Source: Hydrolagus colliei (lineage: Eukaryota). From it: a stretch of DNA of 64,000 nucleotides. The position numbers and the translations under genes are program-made. Below, piece by piece: positions 26,501 through 38,942 of the stretch; the stretch's first letter is position 1, and the number at the start of each line of letters is the position of its first letter. The stretch is taken from assembly GCA_035084275.1 (NCBI GenBank), contig CM068757.1:12214001-12278000 (forward strand). Direction: 5' to 3'. Below the pieces are notes generated by a model. That model searched no databases. It saw nothing but the letters and a program-made list of their open reading frames with translations, and was not told the origin of the DNA.

Positions 26501-28196
26501 TTGTGGGACAATGCTGTGCATAATTGGCTGCCCGTTTTTCCCACAAAATATAGTCAATTCACTTTACAGTATATTCTGTGAAGCGCCTTGAGATGTCTCG
26601 AAGACATGGTAAGGCGCTATATCAAATGCAAGGATAACATTATTATTATTACGTCTTTGAAACTTCTCAAAGTGCTTCACAGAATAGGCTGTAAAGTATT
26701 GTGACAGTGTGTTTTGTGGGCAAAATACAACAGCCAACTTTGCACAGTAGTATCCCACAAGTAGTCGTGGGTTCGAATGATCCAATTTTCGTTTTTGGAG
26801 GGATTCCTAACCCTGGAAAGTGATCCGCCAATTGACTAACAACCAGGTTCCTACTCACTGCTGGGTGAGTATGCAACTTACTTGCATTTATATAGTGCCG
26901 TTCTTGCAGGATAGTGTCTCAGAGCTCTATGAATTTGATCTGCTAATGTAGTGCAATAATTCTTGCTGATAAATCACAAGAATAAAAGGAAGTGATTTGT
27001 GCTATTGTTCCGTAGCAGTGCTGGCCCAGTCCATCAGAGCTAACAAGCCGTCAAATTTATGACATGTCTATAGCCAGGTTTATTATAATATCCTCTTCAT
27101 TGGGCTAACTGCACATAAATAAAGGCACCTGCATGCATTTGAGGATTCTCTACATAGAAATTCCCTTAATACAGTATTCCGATCCCTAACAGAGCTATTC
27201 CTAGAGTACTGTAACAATAATAATCCTTTCATTTAATATAGCGCTTTTCACGTCTTCTAGACGTCTCAAAGCGCTTCACAGAATGTACTGTAAAGTGAAT
27301 TACAGGTGAAAAGCAGCAGCCAATTGTGCACAGCAGTGTCCCACAAACAGTCATGGATTGAAATGACCAATTTTATTAAGATGTGTTTTTTGGAGGGATT
27401 ATTATTAGGCATGTGGATTAAGGAAATTTGCCCATGGTTTCACCCTGACTTGCCTGTAGCTCAGGGGTTAGAGCACTCGATTCTCAAGTAAGAGGCCTGG
27501 GTTCAATTCCAGGCAGGATGAAACCGTGGGCAAGTTTCCTTATTCCACACATCTGATAATAATCCCTCAAGAAAAAAAAAATAATTTGGTCACTTCAATC
27601 CACAACTATTTGTGGGAGGGTCACTGCTGTCCGCAATTGGTTGCCGCGTACGCCCACATATATGCAGTCAATTCACTTTACAGTATATTCTGTGAAGCAC
27701 TTTGATCCGTCTAGAGGACGTGAAAAGCGCTACATCAAAAGCAAAGATTATTATTATTATCCCAAATCAGATGACGCATTCTCACGTATTGCATGATCAT
27801 TGCGGACTGCAAATGGCTTAGGAAAAAACATTTTCTACAGATATTTTCTGTGGTTATAGCAACCGCACACCACGTTTCACGATGCGTTGGATCCTGCCAA
27901 GAAAACGCTTTGCTACAGCTCGTGATTAAAGAGTGGGCTTTAGAGTGGCGACTGAATTGTGCTACAAAAATAAAGACAATCCCAGGTTGTGTAGCCGAGC
28001 GGGATTTTATGAGGTGCAGATGAGATTGTACATTTACGACACTAATCCACAGTTATTGCGATGACTTGAGAGACGCTCATTGTCTATGAATGTAAGAAAT
28101 CCGCACAAAAACAAAACTTGCATTGATATAGTGCCTACATGTAAGGGAATCTCTCACTTCACAGGGAGGAGGGGAGAGGACTGTTTGCTCGTGTGG

Positions 28197-28284
28197 TCCC
28201 CTTCCTCCTCCTCTTCCATCTCGCCCCACTCCATCTTTAAAGACAAATGGAGTGGGGCGAGATGGAAGAGGAGGAGGAAGGGGA
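28197..28284. repeat. Perfect 38-bp inverted repeat with a 12-nt loop
   Basis: 28197-28234 is the exact reverse complement of 28247-28284. Confidence 0.95.
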
Positions 28285-30793
28285 GTTCCAGGGATTAGGA
28301 GTGTAATTGCTGAAGGTTTGGTCACCAATGGGTGGGATGGGGACATGGGATGCACGCACAATAGGCTCGCATTTGCTGATCGGGGCCATCAGTGGCAGGG
28401 TGGGGGTAGGGGTTGAGCAGAAGAGTAGAATTCTGTAGGTGATGACAAAAGTGGGTAAAAGTGAAGATCTTGATATTGATCGGAAGACAATAGGGGCTGG
28501 CGGGGACACTTAAAACAGTTTATAAAATGTACCGGAAGTCTTGAACAGTCCAGACTATATATACGCACACAGTACATCTTTACACAACCCCCAAATACAA
28601 ACCTCTAGCCAAGTGGAATTCCACCCACTTCTTTGCCATGCTAAATATATGGCAAAGAATTGCAAAATGGTATGACTCAACAGGCAGTTCAGAATTTGAG
28701 AATGAATGGCATTCTGCCCTGAGAAGATAGGGTGATATTTGTTTGAGTCTGAAACCCGCTTTAATTAGTCTTGGCTGACTTCTAACCCTTTGGAAAGAGT
28801 TTACAATCCTTTATTTATGGCAGCACTCAAACCACGATCATGGCAACAGGGGAGTGTCTCAATGCTTTTCTTCCCTCCCTCCCGTCTCTCAATTCTACTT
28901 TTATTTGTCCACCCAGCTGCGCTCACTTCCTGTTCCATGCATCCTTACTGCTTTGACATTAAAGCAACGTTGTATAATCTCCTAATCTAACCCAGTTAAA
29001 GACCCTCTTGGCACTATTCAAAAAGAGAAGGGAGTTTCTCCCGGTATCCTAGCCAACATTCCCCTGAATAAAATTGGTCATTGCATTTCCCCTGCTGTCT
29101 CCCATCACTCACTTTGTGTGACTGTTAATTGCTAGAACAAGTGAGAAATCAACAAGTAACTGCACTCAACAAAAACAACAACAAAATTACATTTGAATAG
29201 CGCCTTTCATGTCAGTAGGACGTCCCTGCATAATAATAACACAAGGGAAACCCTCCACCGATCGGTTCTCTATAGCATTGCCTCCCTTAAAGAACAGGTC
29301 TACTGTGGACCCTTGCATACACCTGGATTCCGAGACTGAGTAACTGGTTACACATGTTAAACAATGGGTGATCAGGACTTCACTTCCTGCGCTTTGCATT
29401 CTATGTGTAAGGAGTATCGCTCATGTCACTTTTTGCGCTCTATGCGCTAGAAGTGCTGCCAACATCATCTCACAAAGGAAGCGACATCAGCAGTGCTTCT
29501 GGCTCGCAGGGCGCATATATGCAATGGGCAGGATGTGATGTGGAGCGTGGAGTCCTGTAGCTTAGTGCTTAGAGCACTTGCTCACCACCGAGAGGACCTA
29601 GGTTTGATTCCTCGTCAGGGAGAAACTTCAGACGAGTTTCCTTATCCACACTCCTCTGTTTACGTAGCAGTAATTAGGAATCTGGTTGTTAGTTGATTGG
29701 CGGATTGATTTCCTGAGTAAACTAACGCCTTCAAAAAAATTATTATTTGGTCACTCAATTCATGACAGTTTATGGCACACTGTGCTGGGTGCCATGTTTT
29801 GAACTCCACCTCTCATTTCTCACTAGACCTGTTCTTCAAGGGAGGCAGTGCTGTGGAGAAGGGAATGGTAGACGATTTCTACTGCGTTATTATTGTGACT
29901 GAGTGCAGTTAATTGTTGTTGCACTCAGCTGACCACAGTAAAGATAAATATCGCGCAGTCTTTACCAAACACAACGAATATGAAGTGCAGTGAATGTTAT
30001 TACGTAGGCCAACGGGACAGTTAATCTGCGCCAGCACTGTCTTAAGCAAATGACATCTTAAGTATCCTGGCTCAGCGGTGCGGTAATGTAATTTGAATCC
30101 TGCTCAATACCTTGGCACAACTTCTGCGCATTCGTCAAAGTGACATTTTATTGGTCATAAGTGTCTTATTGGCACATCCCCTTGGAATCACTGGTGAACT
30201 ATTCACGTCCGGGGAATGTTTGTTTCAGACTCCAAAGACGTAAGGACGTGAACTGTAAGCATTGGATTAGACCGACCGAGACTTGTGCAGAGGCTGTGGC
30301 TATGAATTCTGTCTATGTGATAGCAGGGAAGGAGAGAAACGTAATAGGTGCATAAGCCCAGAGCGCAGACAGGATCCTCGAATTGGAGCATTAAACAACT
30401 GTTCTCCATTGAAATTCTCATCCAAGTGATAAAGCAAACTTTGCAGTTGTCCAACAGATTAGTGGGGAATGGGAGATCTGTTGCTGTGGGAGTGGGCTTG
30501 TTGAAGGCGTTGGTGATATTAAAGACATACAAGATCCACAAATATACCTCTGGCTATTAAACCAAACAGCAATACCAGTCATACCTCCAGATGTGCCTAT
30601 ATATTTTTGTTAAAATCCTTATTAGCTGACTTCCATCCAAATGGAGGTTGATAGTCAGTTAAGGAGTGAAATGTTAGCCGTTGTTTTAGGATACGTGCCT
30701 TTGTTTGACAAGTTTCACTGGCGCGGGAGGCTTCCCTGACTGAATGGTTCTCCTAAACATTCCTAATCCATTGTTTTTCCTCTTTGGATCCAG

Positions 30794-30905
30794 AAACCAG
30801 AGACTGATGTCCGGACTTCACCCCAGGAGAGCTTTGGGAGAGCACTAGAGGTCCAGGCTGGCCAGTCATTGGGCCATGGCCACTCAACACAGCAGGCTCT
30901 TCTAG
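30794..30905 (+). CDS. Coding exon (KPETDVRTSPQESFGRALEVQAGQ...QQALL), IRAG1 N-terminal region
   Basis: Branch-like cctaat, pyrimidine tract and ccag acceptor; tag|gtaacc donor; 112 nt, phase 0 to 1, open. Confidence 0.65.
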
Positions 30906-31402
30906 GTAACCAAAGGCAATACTGACCTAGCCTTAATAATAATAATCTTTACATTTGAGAAAGCTCCTTATCACGTCTTCGAGACATCTCAAAGCGCTTC
31001 ACAGAACATACTATGAGTATAGGTTGTGGGCAAAACTCGGCAGCTGATAGATAGATAGATAGATTGATTGCTCACAGCGGTTGTTGGGAGGTAGTGGGTC
31101 TCAAACCGCTTCACAGGATTTAAAAGTAAAGTTTAGATTCTATATACTGTATTTAGTAGGTACCAAACATCCCACAAATGGCCATGAAGTGAATAACCAA
31201 TTTTTTTTATATTGTGGAGTGGACTGCGCAGGGGTTGTTGGTCAGAATATCAAGGAACTACCCGTCTCTTTTTGATGTTTAACATCCACCCACATAGATG
31301 ATGGGAATGACATGCACAAATCTCTTGCTTTAAGTCTCGATCTTGTTGCCCTCGAGTGAGCAGACCGCAGGGCTTAATGTCTCTTGCGCTGCCCCTTACC
31401 AG

Positions 31403-31538
31403 ATGCCTTTACTCTTGAACCTTCTGAGACTCATCAGCCGTCGGGAGGCCAAGGAGATCTGAGACCATCGTCGCTGGGCCACAAGGCGACTGTAGCAAGA
31501 TCTTTTCTTGCAGAGAACCACACACAGATCCCAAACAG
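31403..31538 (+). CDS. Coding exon (DAFTLEPSETHQPSGG...HTQIPNR), IRAG1 N-terminal region
   Basis: cttaccag acceptor and cag|gtgaat donor; 136 nt, phase 1 to 2, open. Confidence 0.65.
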
Positions 31539-32197
31539 GTGAATTGACATTGTAATGCCTTTCAGTGATACAAACCTTGCATTTGACAGAACACCCTTCA
31601 TCCTGAGAGGTTTTGAAACATACAGGAATTATATACTAATCGAGGTGGTGCCACACAATGATTTTGTGATTGGTCACCGAATGTTCTCTCTCTGCTTGGT
31701 TACAAAAGTAACAAAGTTGTATTTACACAACGCTTTGCACTTCGGGAGGACGTCCCAAAGCGCTGGACCTTCAAGGTTTAAGGTTTGCACCAGAGCTATG
31801 GACTGGAGTTAAGAGGGCAATGGGAGAGGAGGGTGGGAAAGGGATATGAGAAGGAAGTCACTTTTGCAGCTCTCTCATGCCTCCTGGTGGCTGGCTACCA
31901 GAAGTATTCAAAGGGCTTGGGGTGGTGGGAGGGGGCTTTCTTTACTTTCCGCCCTTGCAGAGGAGGGACAACATGCAAAATGGAGTGCGGTGGGGGAGAT
32001 GGGAGGTGGTGGGAGGTGGGGCAAATGGAGGCCAGAAAAGAAGGGAGACCAATATACTTCAAAGCGCTTTGTCACAAAGCGATGAATAGCAATCAAATTG
32101 TCTGGCCATTTGATTTTGTGCCAATATCATTGAGAATGTCTTGAAGCCTGCAGTCTGTGTCTAGTGTAGTGACTGTGTTTTTGGAAGCAGACTGTCT

Positions 32198-32403
32198 TTT
32201 TTTTTGTTGAGGAGCGGGAGCAGATTCACAGCAAATAGCCACAAAACGAGTGTCCGATTCATATGTTCTTGGAAGGTGGTTGTGAGTGCGAAGGTGAGGG
32301 TGCGGAGGTTAATTTGTGAGGACCACAGTTTGGTTTGGACAATCTAAAGCATGTGTAAGACAGACACCCAGTTGAATCTGCTCCCGCTCCTCAACAAAAA
32401 AAA
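32198..32403. repeat. Perfect 31-bp inverted repeat with a 144-nt spacer
   Basis: T8GTTGAGGAGCGGGAGCAGATTCA (32198-32228) versus TGAATCTGCTCCCGCTCCTCAACA8 (32373-32403). Confidence 0.95.
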
Positions 32404-32524
32404 TTGGATCTTTAACAATCTGAGATGAGTCATGTTGTGTCTTCATTTAGAACTTGGCAAAGACAATTTATCAAATTGTTCAAATTACTTTCATTTAGAA
32501 TTTTTCTCTTTGTGTTTATCAAAG

Positions 32525-32636
32525 AAATAACTCAGCCGTGAGCATCTCTGAGTCGCAGTCCGAGGAACGGGCATCAGAGGGACTCAACCCCATAGCCAGG
32601 AACGCACAATCCAGAGAACCCCCAGCATCAGACGAA
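32525..32636 (+). CDS. Coding exon (NNSAVSISESQSEERASEGLNPIARNAQSREPPASDE), IRAG1 N-terminal region
   Basis: Long T tract plus aaag acceptor and gaa|gtaagt donor; 112 nt, phase 2 to 0. Confidence 0.65.
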
Positions 32637-33300
32637 GTAAGTCTGGAATCGCCTCATTTTCCTGCTCGCAGAGTGTGGATCCATAAGATGGTACCAGATA
32701 ACTGTGGAACCAGCATCGTTCAAATGCTTTATCCAAGTATGGAAAACGTCTCTGAGGGATGATCACTTCCTGGAGTGTGTGTGTGTGTTGTCTGTGTGTG
32801 TGTAAGCAACAATAATAAATTGGTCACCCAATCCACGATTGTTTGTGGGACACTACTGTGTGCAATTGACTGTTGCGTTCTATCTACAAAATCCACTGTT
32901 ACTCCACTTTACAGTATATTCTGAGAAGCACTTTGGGATGCCTTATGACGACATAAGGCACTATATCAAATGCAAGGTTGAATATTGTTATTATGTGTGT
33001 GTGTGTGTTTTTTTTACTGTGCAGAATTCTGTAAGGGTTGGGAAACGACCCGTTTCATTTTACTCTGCTGAATTCAGTTCCCAGCTGATAGCTTAGAGCA
33101 ACACATCAATCCCCTCCAGAAAATCCGACTGACACATTTACATGTAACGACAGCAGCATTCATTGAGATAATGCCCTTCATGTCAGGGCTAGTGTCTCAC
33201 AGTTTACGAGGTGGTGAGGTTGGAAAGCGGGTGAGGGTGAAAGGGAGAAGCTGACCTTAGATGTGGTCAAAGAGGTAGGTCTTCAATTGGGATTTGAAGA

Positions 33301-34397
33301 TAGATTAAGTGGATAATTAGACAGAAAGCAGAGAGTTGTAGTGAGCGGCTGTTTTTCAGATTGGAGGGAAGTGAGCAGTGGTGTGCCACAGGGATCAGTT
33401 TTGGGACCATTGCTGTTTGCAATCTACATCAATGATCTGGACTTGGGTGTACGGAGTACAGTTTCCAAGTTTGCAGATGACACTAAGTTAGGGAGAATAG
33501 TAAATAGTGAGGAGGATAGTAGCCATCTGCAAGAGGATATAGACAAATTGGTAAAGTGGGCAGACACATGGCAGATGAAGTTTAATGCAGAGAAGTGTGA
33601 GGTGATGCATTTTGGGAGAAGAAATGAAGGGAGGCAATATAGGCTAGATAGTAAAATTTTAAATGGTGTGAAGGAACAGAGAGACCTGGGGATTTGTGTT
33701 AGTGACTCGTTGAAGGTGGCAGGACAGGTAGACAAGTCTGTTAAAAAGGCATATGGGATACTAGGCTTTATAAATAGGGGTATAGAGTACAAAAGTCAGG
33801 AAGTGCTGACTAACCTCTATAAGACTTTGGTGAGGCCTCAGCTGGAATACTGTGTTCAATTCTGGTCACCACACTACAGAAAGGATGTGAAGGCATTGGA
33901 AAGGGTACAACGAAGATTTACTAGGATGGTGCCAGGATTGAGGGACTTCAGCTATGAGGAGAGGCTAGATAGGCTAGGGTTATTCTCTCTGGAGCAGAGA
34001 AGATTGAGGGGAGATCTAATAGAGGTTTATAAGATCATGAGGGGTTTCGACAGGGCAAATAGAGAAAAACTATTTCCACTCATGGGTGAATCTGTGACTC
34101 GTGGTCACAGATTTAAAATAGTTTCAAGGCGAAGTAGAGGGGAGCTGAGGAGAATTTTTTTCACTCAGCGAGTTGTTCGAATCTGGAATGCATTGCCTGA
34201 AAAGGTGGTGGAGGATGATTCGATAACAACTTTTAAAAGGGAATTAGATCTTAATTTAGGGAGAACAGGTCTATTAGGCTATGGGGAGCGGGCAGGGCAG
34301 TGGGATTGAATCGCTCTTTTCAAAGAGCCGGCACAGACTAGATGGACCGAATGGCCTCCTTTTGTGCCGTAAAATTCTATGAATCTATGAATCTATG
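33301..34397 (+). mobile_element. 5'-truncated CR1-clade LINE with an uninterrupted 322-codon RT/C-terminal ORF2 fragment (33341-34309) and 3' UTR
   Basis: GVPQGSVLGPLLFAIYINDL, FADD and LVRPQLEYCVQFWSP motifs; (AATCTATG/ATTCTATG)n tail; nested in an older antisense L2 fragment. Confidence 0.95.
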
Positions 34398-35564
34398 AAA
34401 AGTGAAGGCAAAGTGGAGGGTATTGAAGAAGGTTGCATCAGAGGTTAGGAGTGTAGTGAAGGATGGTGGTGCGGAAGGGTTACATAACATAAGGGTAAAA
34501 TAACAACAATAAAATTACTCTTATTGAGCGCCTTTACATCGGGAGGACATCCCAAAGCGCTGGGGACACATAGCAGGCTTGAATTAGCCTTTTGGCTGTT
34601 AGGGACATTACCCTATGCAAATCAGCTACCACTTTCTCCACACAAAATATATACGGTAGTCACCACACCTTGCAATAAATCCTTTGAAGACTTTGAGATG
34701 TCTTGCTGATGTGAAAGGCATAATATCAAAGGCAACTATTCTAAGGATTATCATTAAAGTCCCCACATTGTTTAAATTCCTCAACATAGCTTTGTGGTAC
34801 TTGCTGTTAAGCGCAGTGACTGGGTTATCTGTGGGCCTATGAGGATCTGAACCGGGACCTGATAAGATAATTACTGCTTTTCCAACTCTCTGCACTTCTG
34901 CTCTGGTACTAGTTTTACAGCACTCCCACCAGAACAGGCACAGAACATCTCAAGATGGCTAGAGTCCTGTGCCTCACAAGCAAAAGATCTGGGTTTGATT
35001 CCCGGCAGGGCAAAACATAGATCAAGTTTGCTTACTCCACAAGCCTGATAATAATCCCTAAGAAAAAAGCAATAATAATTTGGTCACTGAAATCCATGAC
35101 TGTTTATGGGATGCTGTTGTGTGCAATTGGCTGCCGCATTTCGCCCACAAATATACAGTCAATTCACTTTACAGTGTATTTTGTGAAGTGTTTTGGGATG
35201 TGAAAATCCCAAAGTGGACGTGAAAAGGTCTATATCAAATGCAAGGATTGTTATATTATATTTATATTATGGATGCTTGTTGCCGTTGAATAGCACAGAA
35301 TTCGTCAGGCAGTCAGTTGCCTTGCATTTTGCATTTGATACAGCACAATCCCACGTCATTGAGATGTCTCAGACTAAACCGTAAAATTGATTGACTGTAT
35401 TTCATGGGTGAAACACAGCAGCCAGTTGCGCTCAGCAGTGTCCTGCAAACAACCATAAACCAATGACCAATTTTTGCCAAGTGGGTCAGGGAATTTGAGC
35501 GGTTTATGTATTTGTTATAAGTTCAATCCTAATTGACGTCTGTCTCCTTTGTGCTCCGCTGCAG

Positions 35565-35774
35565 CTCCCGGAGGAAGAAGAGTCAACTCTGGGCCCGTCG
35601 CTTCGATCCTTGTTGACTAGTTTGCCCTTGCTGCAGATCGGCTCCTTCAGCCCACTTGGTGGCAGCCGTGCCCAGTCTCCGCACTGCATCACACCCCCTG
35701 CGATGCCGACCTTGCCCGAGGAGGAGGAGGGTGGAGAGGGACGAGGAATGAGCGAGCAGAGCCCCCTGACTGGG
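35565..35774 (+). CDS. IRAG1: IRAG1 exon containing AMPTLPEEEE (cf. mammalian AMPHIPEDEE; candidate short-isoform start Met at 35703)
   Basis: ctgcag acceptor and ggg|gtaaga donor; 210 nt, phase 0 to 0; motif similarity to the IRAG1 N-terminus. Confidence 0.82.
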
Positions 35775-36822
35775 GTAAGATACCAATGGAGCTTCTCGTT
35801 TTTTCTCTCAACATCTGGAGGGGGGAGGGGGGGGATGTGGTATCTGGTTGACAGAGGTTTGCAGAAGGAGTGATGTTGACAGATGTGTTGGGAAACTTGA
35901 GAAACGCCCACCCGACCTCCGGTTTAACCTTTGGAAAAATTGACTTCTGAAAGGATATCCCGAGGTTTTAGCTCCGCTTGTTTACTGTTTTTGCCGTGGG
36001 GCAGGTTCTCTTTGTCTCTGTTTCTCATTGTCTTTCCCTCTCTCTCTCTCTCTTCGCGCTCGAGGAGAAAGTTTCAGTGTTGAAGCTTGAATTTCAGTCG
36101 TGAGCATCGTTCAATCACAGTGAGTGAGCTGTTCCTAAATCCCAGCGGGAGCCTCCAGGCTGATTTCTCTGCGATAGGAAGCCTCCATCTCAGCTTGGGA
36201 GCTTTGTGTGGGGAAGGGAGGGAGTGATACTGGAGCAGGAGGAGGACAAAGCAGCAGGAACGGGTCCTGTCTGGCAGACGATATCCTCCTGTTGCACGGT
36301 GATGGATGGGCCTTGGCTTCTATTGGAGGCCATCTCAAGCCTTGCTCCCCTCCCCACAACATATTAAATTTGTATAGAGCCTTTTACGTTGGTGGACGGT
36401 CAAGGATTTGCTCCTGAGCTGGAAGTTGGGAACAGAAGGGGTGGGGGGTCAGGGAGGATAGAGGGTGTGAGGGTGACAGAAGGCAACGTGGAAGAGAAGG
36501 GCAGAAAAGATGAAGGGCTGATGGTGGGGTGGGACATGGAGCAGGCCAGAGCCCACTGAGCGGAGTCCGAGGACGTAAAACAGATAAAACAAAGTCAGCA
36601 TTGTTTTGTTGCTTTTAAGTACTGTATATTAAAGTGCCAGTTTGCTCCACTTTAAATTACCAAACTTAACTTCGAAAGAGAGATGTGTGGGTGTGGGTAT
36701 ATGAGTGTGGGTGTGTGTGTTTGTATGAGTGTGTGTGGGTGGGTGGGGAGGAGGGGGGAGTGTGGGACATTGCACCTTTTCCATTCTGTTCTATTTGCAC
36801 ATGAAACATGATGTACTTGCAG

Positions 36823-36923
36823 ATTACAGCAGTTGAAGCCAGAACAAGCAGTACACCCACAATCATCCTCCCAGAGGCTGCCATCACAACAATCCCAGAG
36901 CTTGATCCATCCACACTGCTAAG
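36823..36923 (+). CDS. IRAG1: IRAG1 exon (ITAVEARTSSTPTIILPE...TLLR)
   Basis: ttgcag acceptor and ag|gtaagt donor; TPTIIL matches IRAG1 TPTIVL; phase 0 to 2. Confidence 0.85.
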
Positions 36924-38862
36924 GTAAGTGCCACTTATGCTTAAAGTGGAAATAGAATGTGGAAAATATGTCCGTATAAAGAAAGCTCTTCGGTATCTCC
37001 AGAACTCAGAATAATTAACATTGTTGTGCGCAATTGGCTGCCATGTTTCACCCACATGATATACAATAATCCACTTTACAATATATTCTGTCAAGCACTT
37101 TAAAATGTCTCAACAACATGATAAGGCGCTATATCAAATGCAAGGATTCTTATTTTTTATTATTTAATACCCACCCAAATGCCTTCCCATCAAAGCATCA
37201 AGATTTCTTTTTAAAGTGTGCTTAACTGTCCAGTTCCTTGGGACATCCTTCTCATTTGAAAAGTGCTGTGTAATTGTGGCATTGTAGTTGTTGTTATCCT
37301 TGCCTCAGCCACTTTTCCTGGTGACCCTTTCTCCTCGTTCATTACCTATGTCCTGAAATTGCATCTCTAAACCTGTACCCTCTTTCTAAAACTACATCAG
37401 TTCGATACCCAGCACAAATCCTCTTGTGATTTGGAAATTCCCTCGACAGTGGCTTTCAGGTTCTGTTCTGTTTTACCTGCTGGAGGCAGTATCTTATTAA
37501 ACAACACTGTGGTCATTTGGTCATTTAGAGGGTGTACCGAATGCAAGGAACTCTTGAACCGTTGACATCGTCTAGTATAGATACCATCTTATCTCCCTGA
37601 TGTAATCAGGAAGTTGCCACCCAGTTAGTTACCACCGCAACAAATTGCCAATGACAGTGCATTCCTGTCTGGCTCCAAAACTAGTCGACATAGATCTCCT
37701 GTGTCTGTGTGGACCAGTTTGCCTTCAGAAAGGACGTCCCTCGCAGATTTATTGCTGTATCTCACACGTGCTGTTTTACAAGACGTTGATCGGTTGCTTC
37801 CAGAGCGGAGAGCGAGTCTTAAAACCTTCTCCACGCTCAAAGAGGAAAACTCTTTAAAGCTCTATAAAATAAAATGTTTTAATTTGAAACCCAACAGCCC
37901 CACAGTAATTATCTTGTTAGAACGATGGGTGGGAGATGAGGCAGTTAAATCCATGATAAGGAACTCATGTTCAGATCGGTTTCTCTGTTGTGCAATGGCT
38001 TTGCATCATCAGATGCTTTTATTGCTCTGTTTTTTTTTGCAAATGGATGAATTATTGTGCAGTAAAAATAAGCAGATAGCCTTTCGCAGTGAAGATCTGG
38101 GTTGCTGTCCAAACAACCTTTCCCCGCCAACCGCAAAGGAGAGAGACTGGACTGAATGAATTTGATGCAGTTTGCATCTCTGTTTCTGGGGGCATGAGTC
38201 CATGAGAGAAAGTGCCAGGAAATTGGGCACAATTACTGCAGGGGAGAGATTCCAAGCGGCTAATATTCATGTAGCGTCTCGGAAAGACAAGAATTTGGCA
38301 AATTGCTGTATTCGGCCTTAGCTTTGAAGTCAGTTTTCTGCTGTTCTTATCTAGAAAAAGGCTGGGATATTAAGTGCTGTAGTTAAGTGCAAATTCTGGA
38401 TGAGCAAAAAATGCTACATCAATAAAGTAGATCTAAACCCACTTTGCAGCCTCCATCAAAGAGTGAACGAGGGTGATTAATGTACCAACACTGGGGATTA
38501 ATCATAGGTTGTGTTCAAAGAGAGCTTCCATCTGCCTTTATATCTGATGTGCGAAAGTGCTCAATGTACTCAAGTAATGGACTGACTCCGCAAACTGTAA
38601 TAATCCCTCCGAAAAAAAGAAAATGGTCATGCAATCCGCAGCTATTTGTGGGACACTTCTGTCTGCAATTGGCTGCCACTCTTCACCCATAAAATATACA
38701 ATCAATCCACTTTACAATATATTTGGTGAAGCGCTGTTTGAGAAGTCTCAACGATGTACTAATGCACTATATCAACTGTAAGAATTATTATTACTATTCT
38801 AATTATATCGTTGTGGTTTTACAGGAAGTGTAAATTTTTCCCTGTCTCACTGTTCCCTGCAG

Positions 38863-38942
38863 ATCACACAGCCCTGTTCAGAGCAGGTCCAGCCGGAATT
38901 CCAGAGTATCCTCGTCCTCAGCAAGTTCCCTGACATCTGTCG
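38863..38942 (+). CDS. IRAG1: IRAG1 exon (SHSPVQSRSSRNSRVSSSSASSLTSV)
   Basis: ccctgcag acceptor and g|gtaaga donor; matches IRAG1 HSP...ASLTSVD; phase 2 to 1. Confidence 0.88.

Noticed and set aside
36065-36119. Pyrimidine tract, AG and gtgagt donor suggesting an exon
   Set aside because: In-frame TGA and a length that does not preserve frame; the tract is partly a (CT)n microsatellite. It could be a non-coding or poison exon, but this is unsupported.
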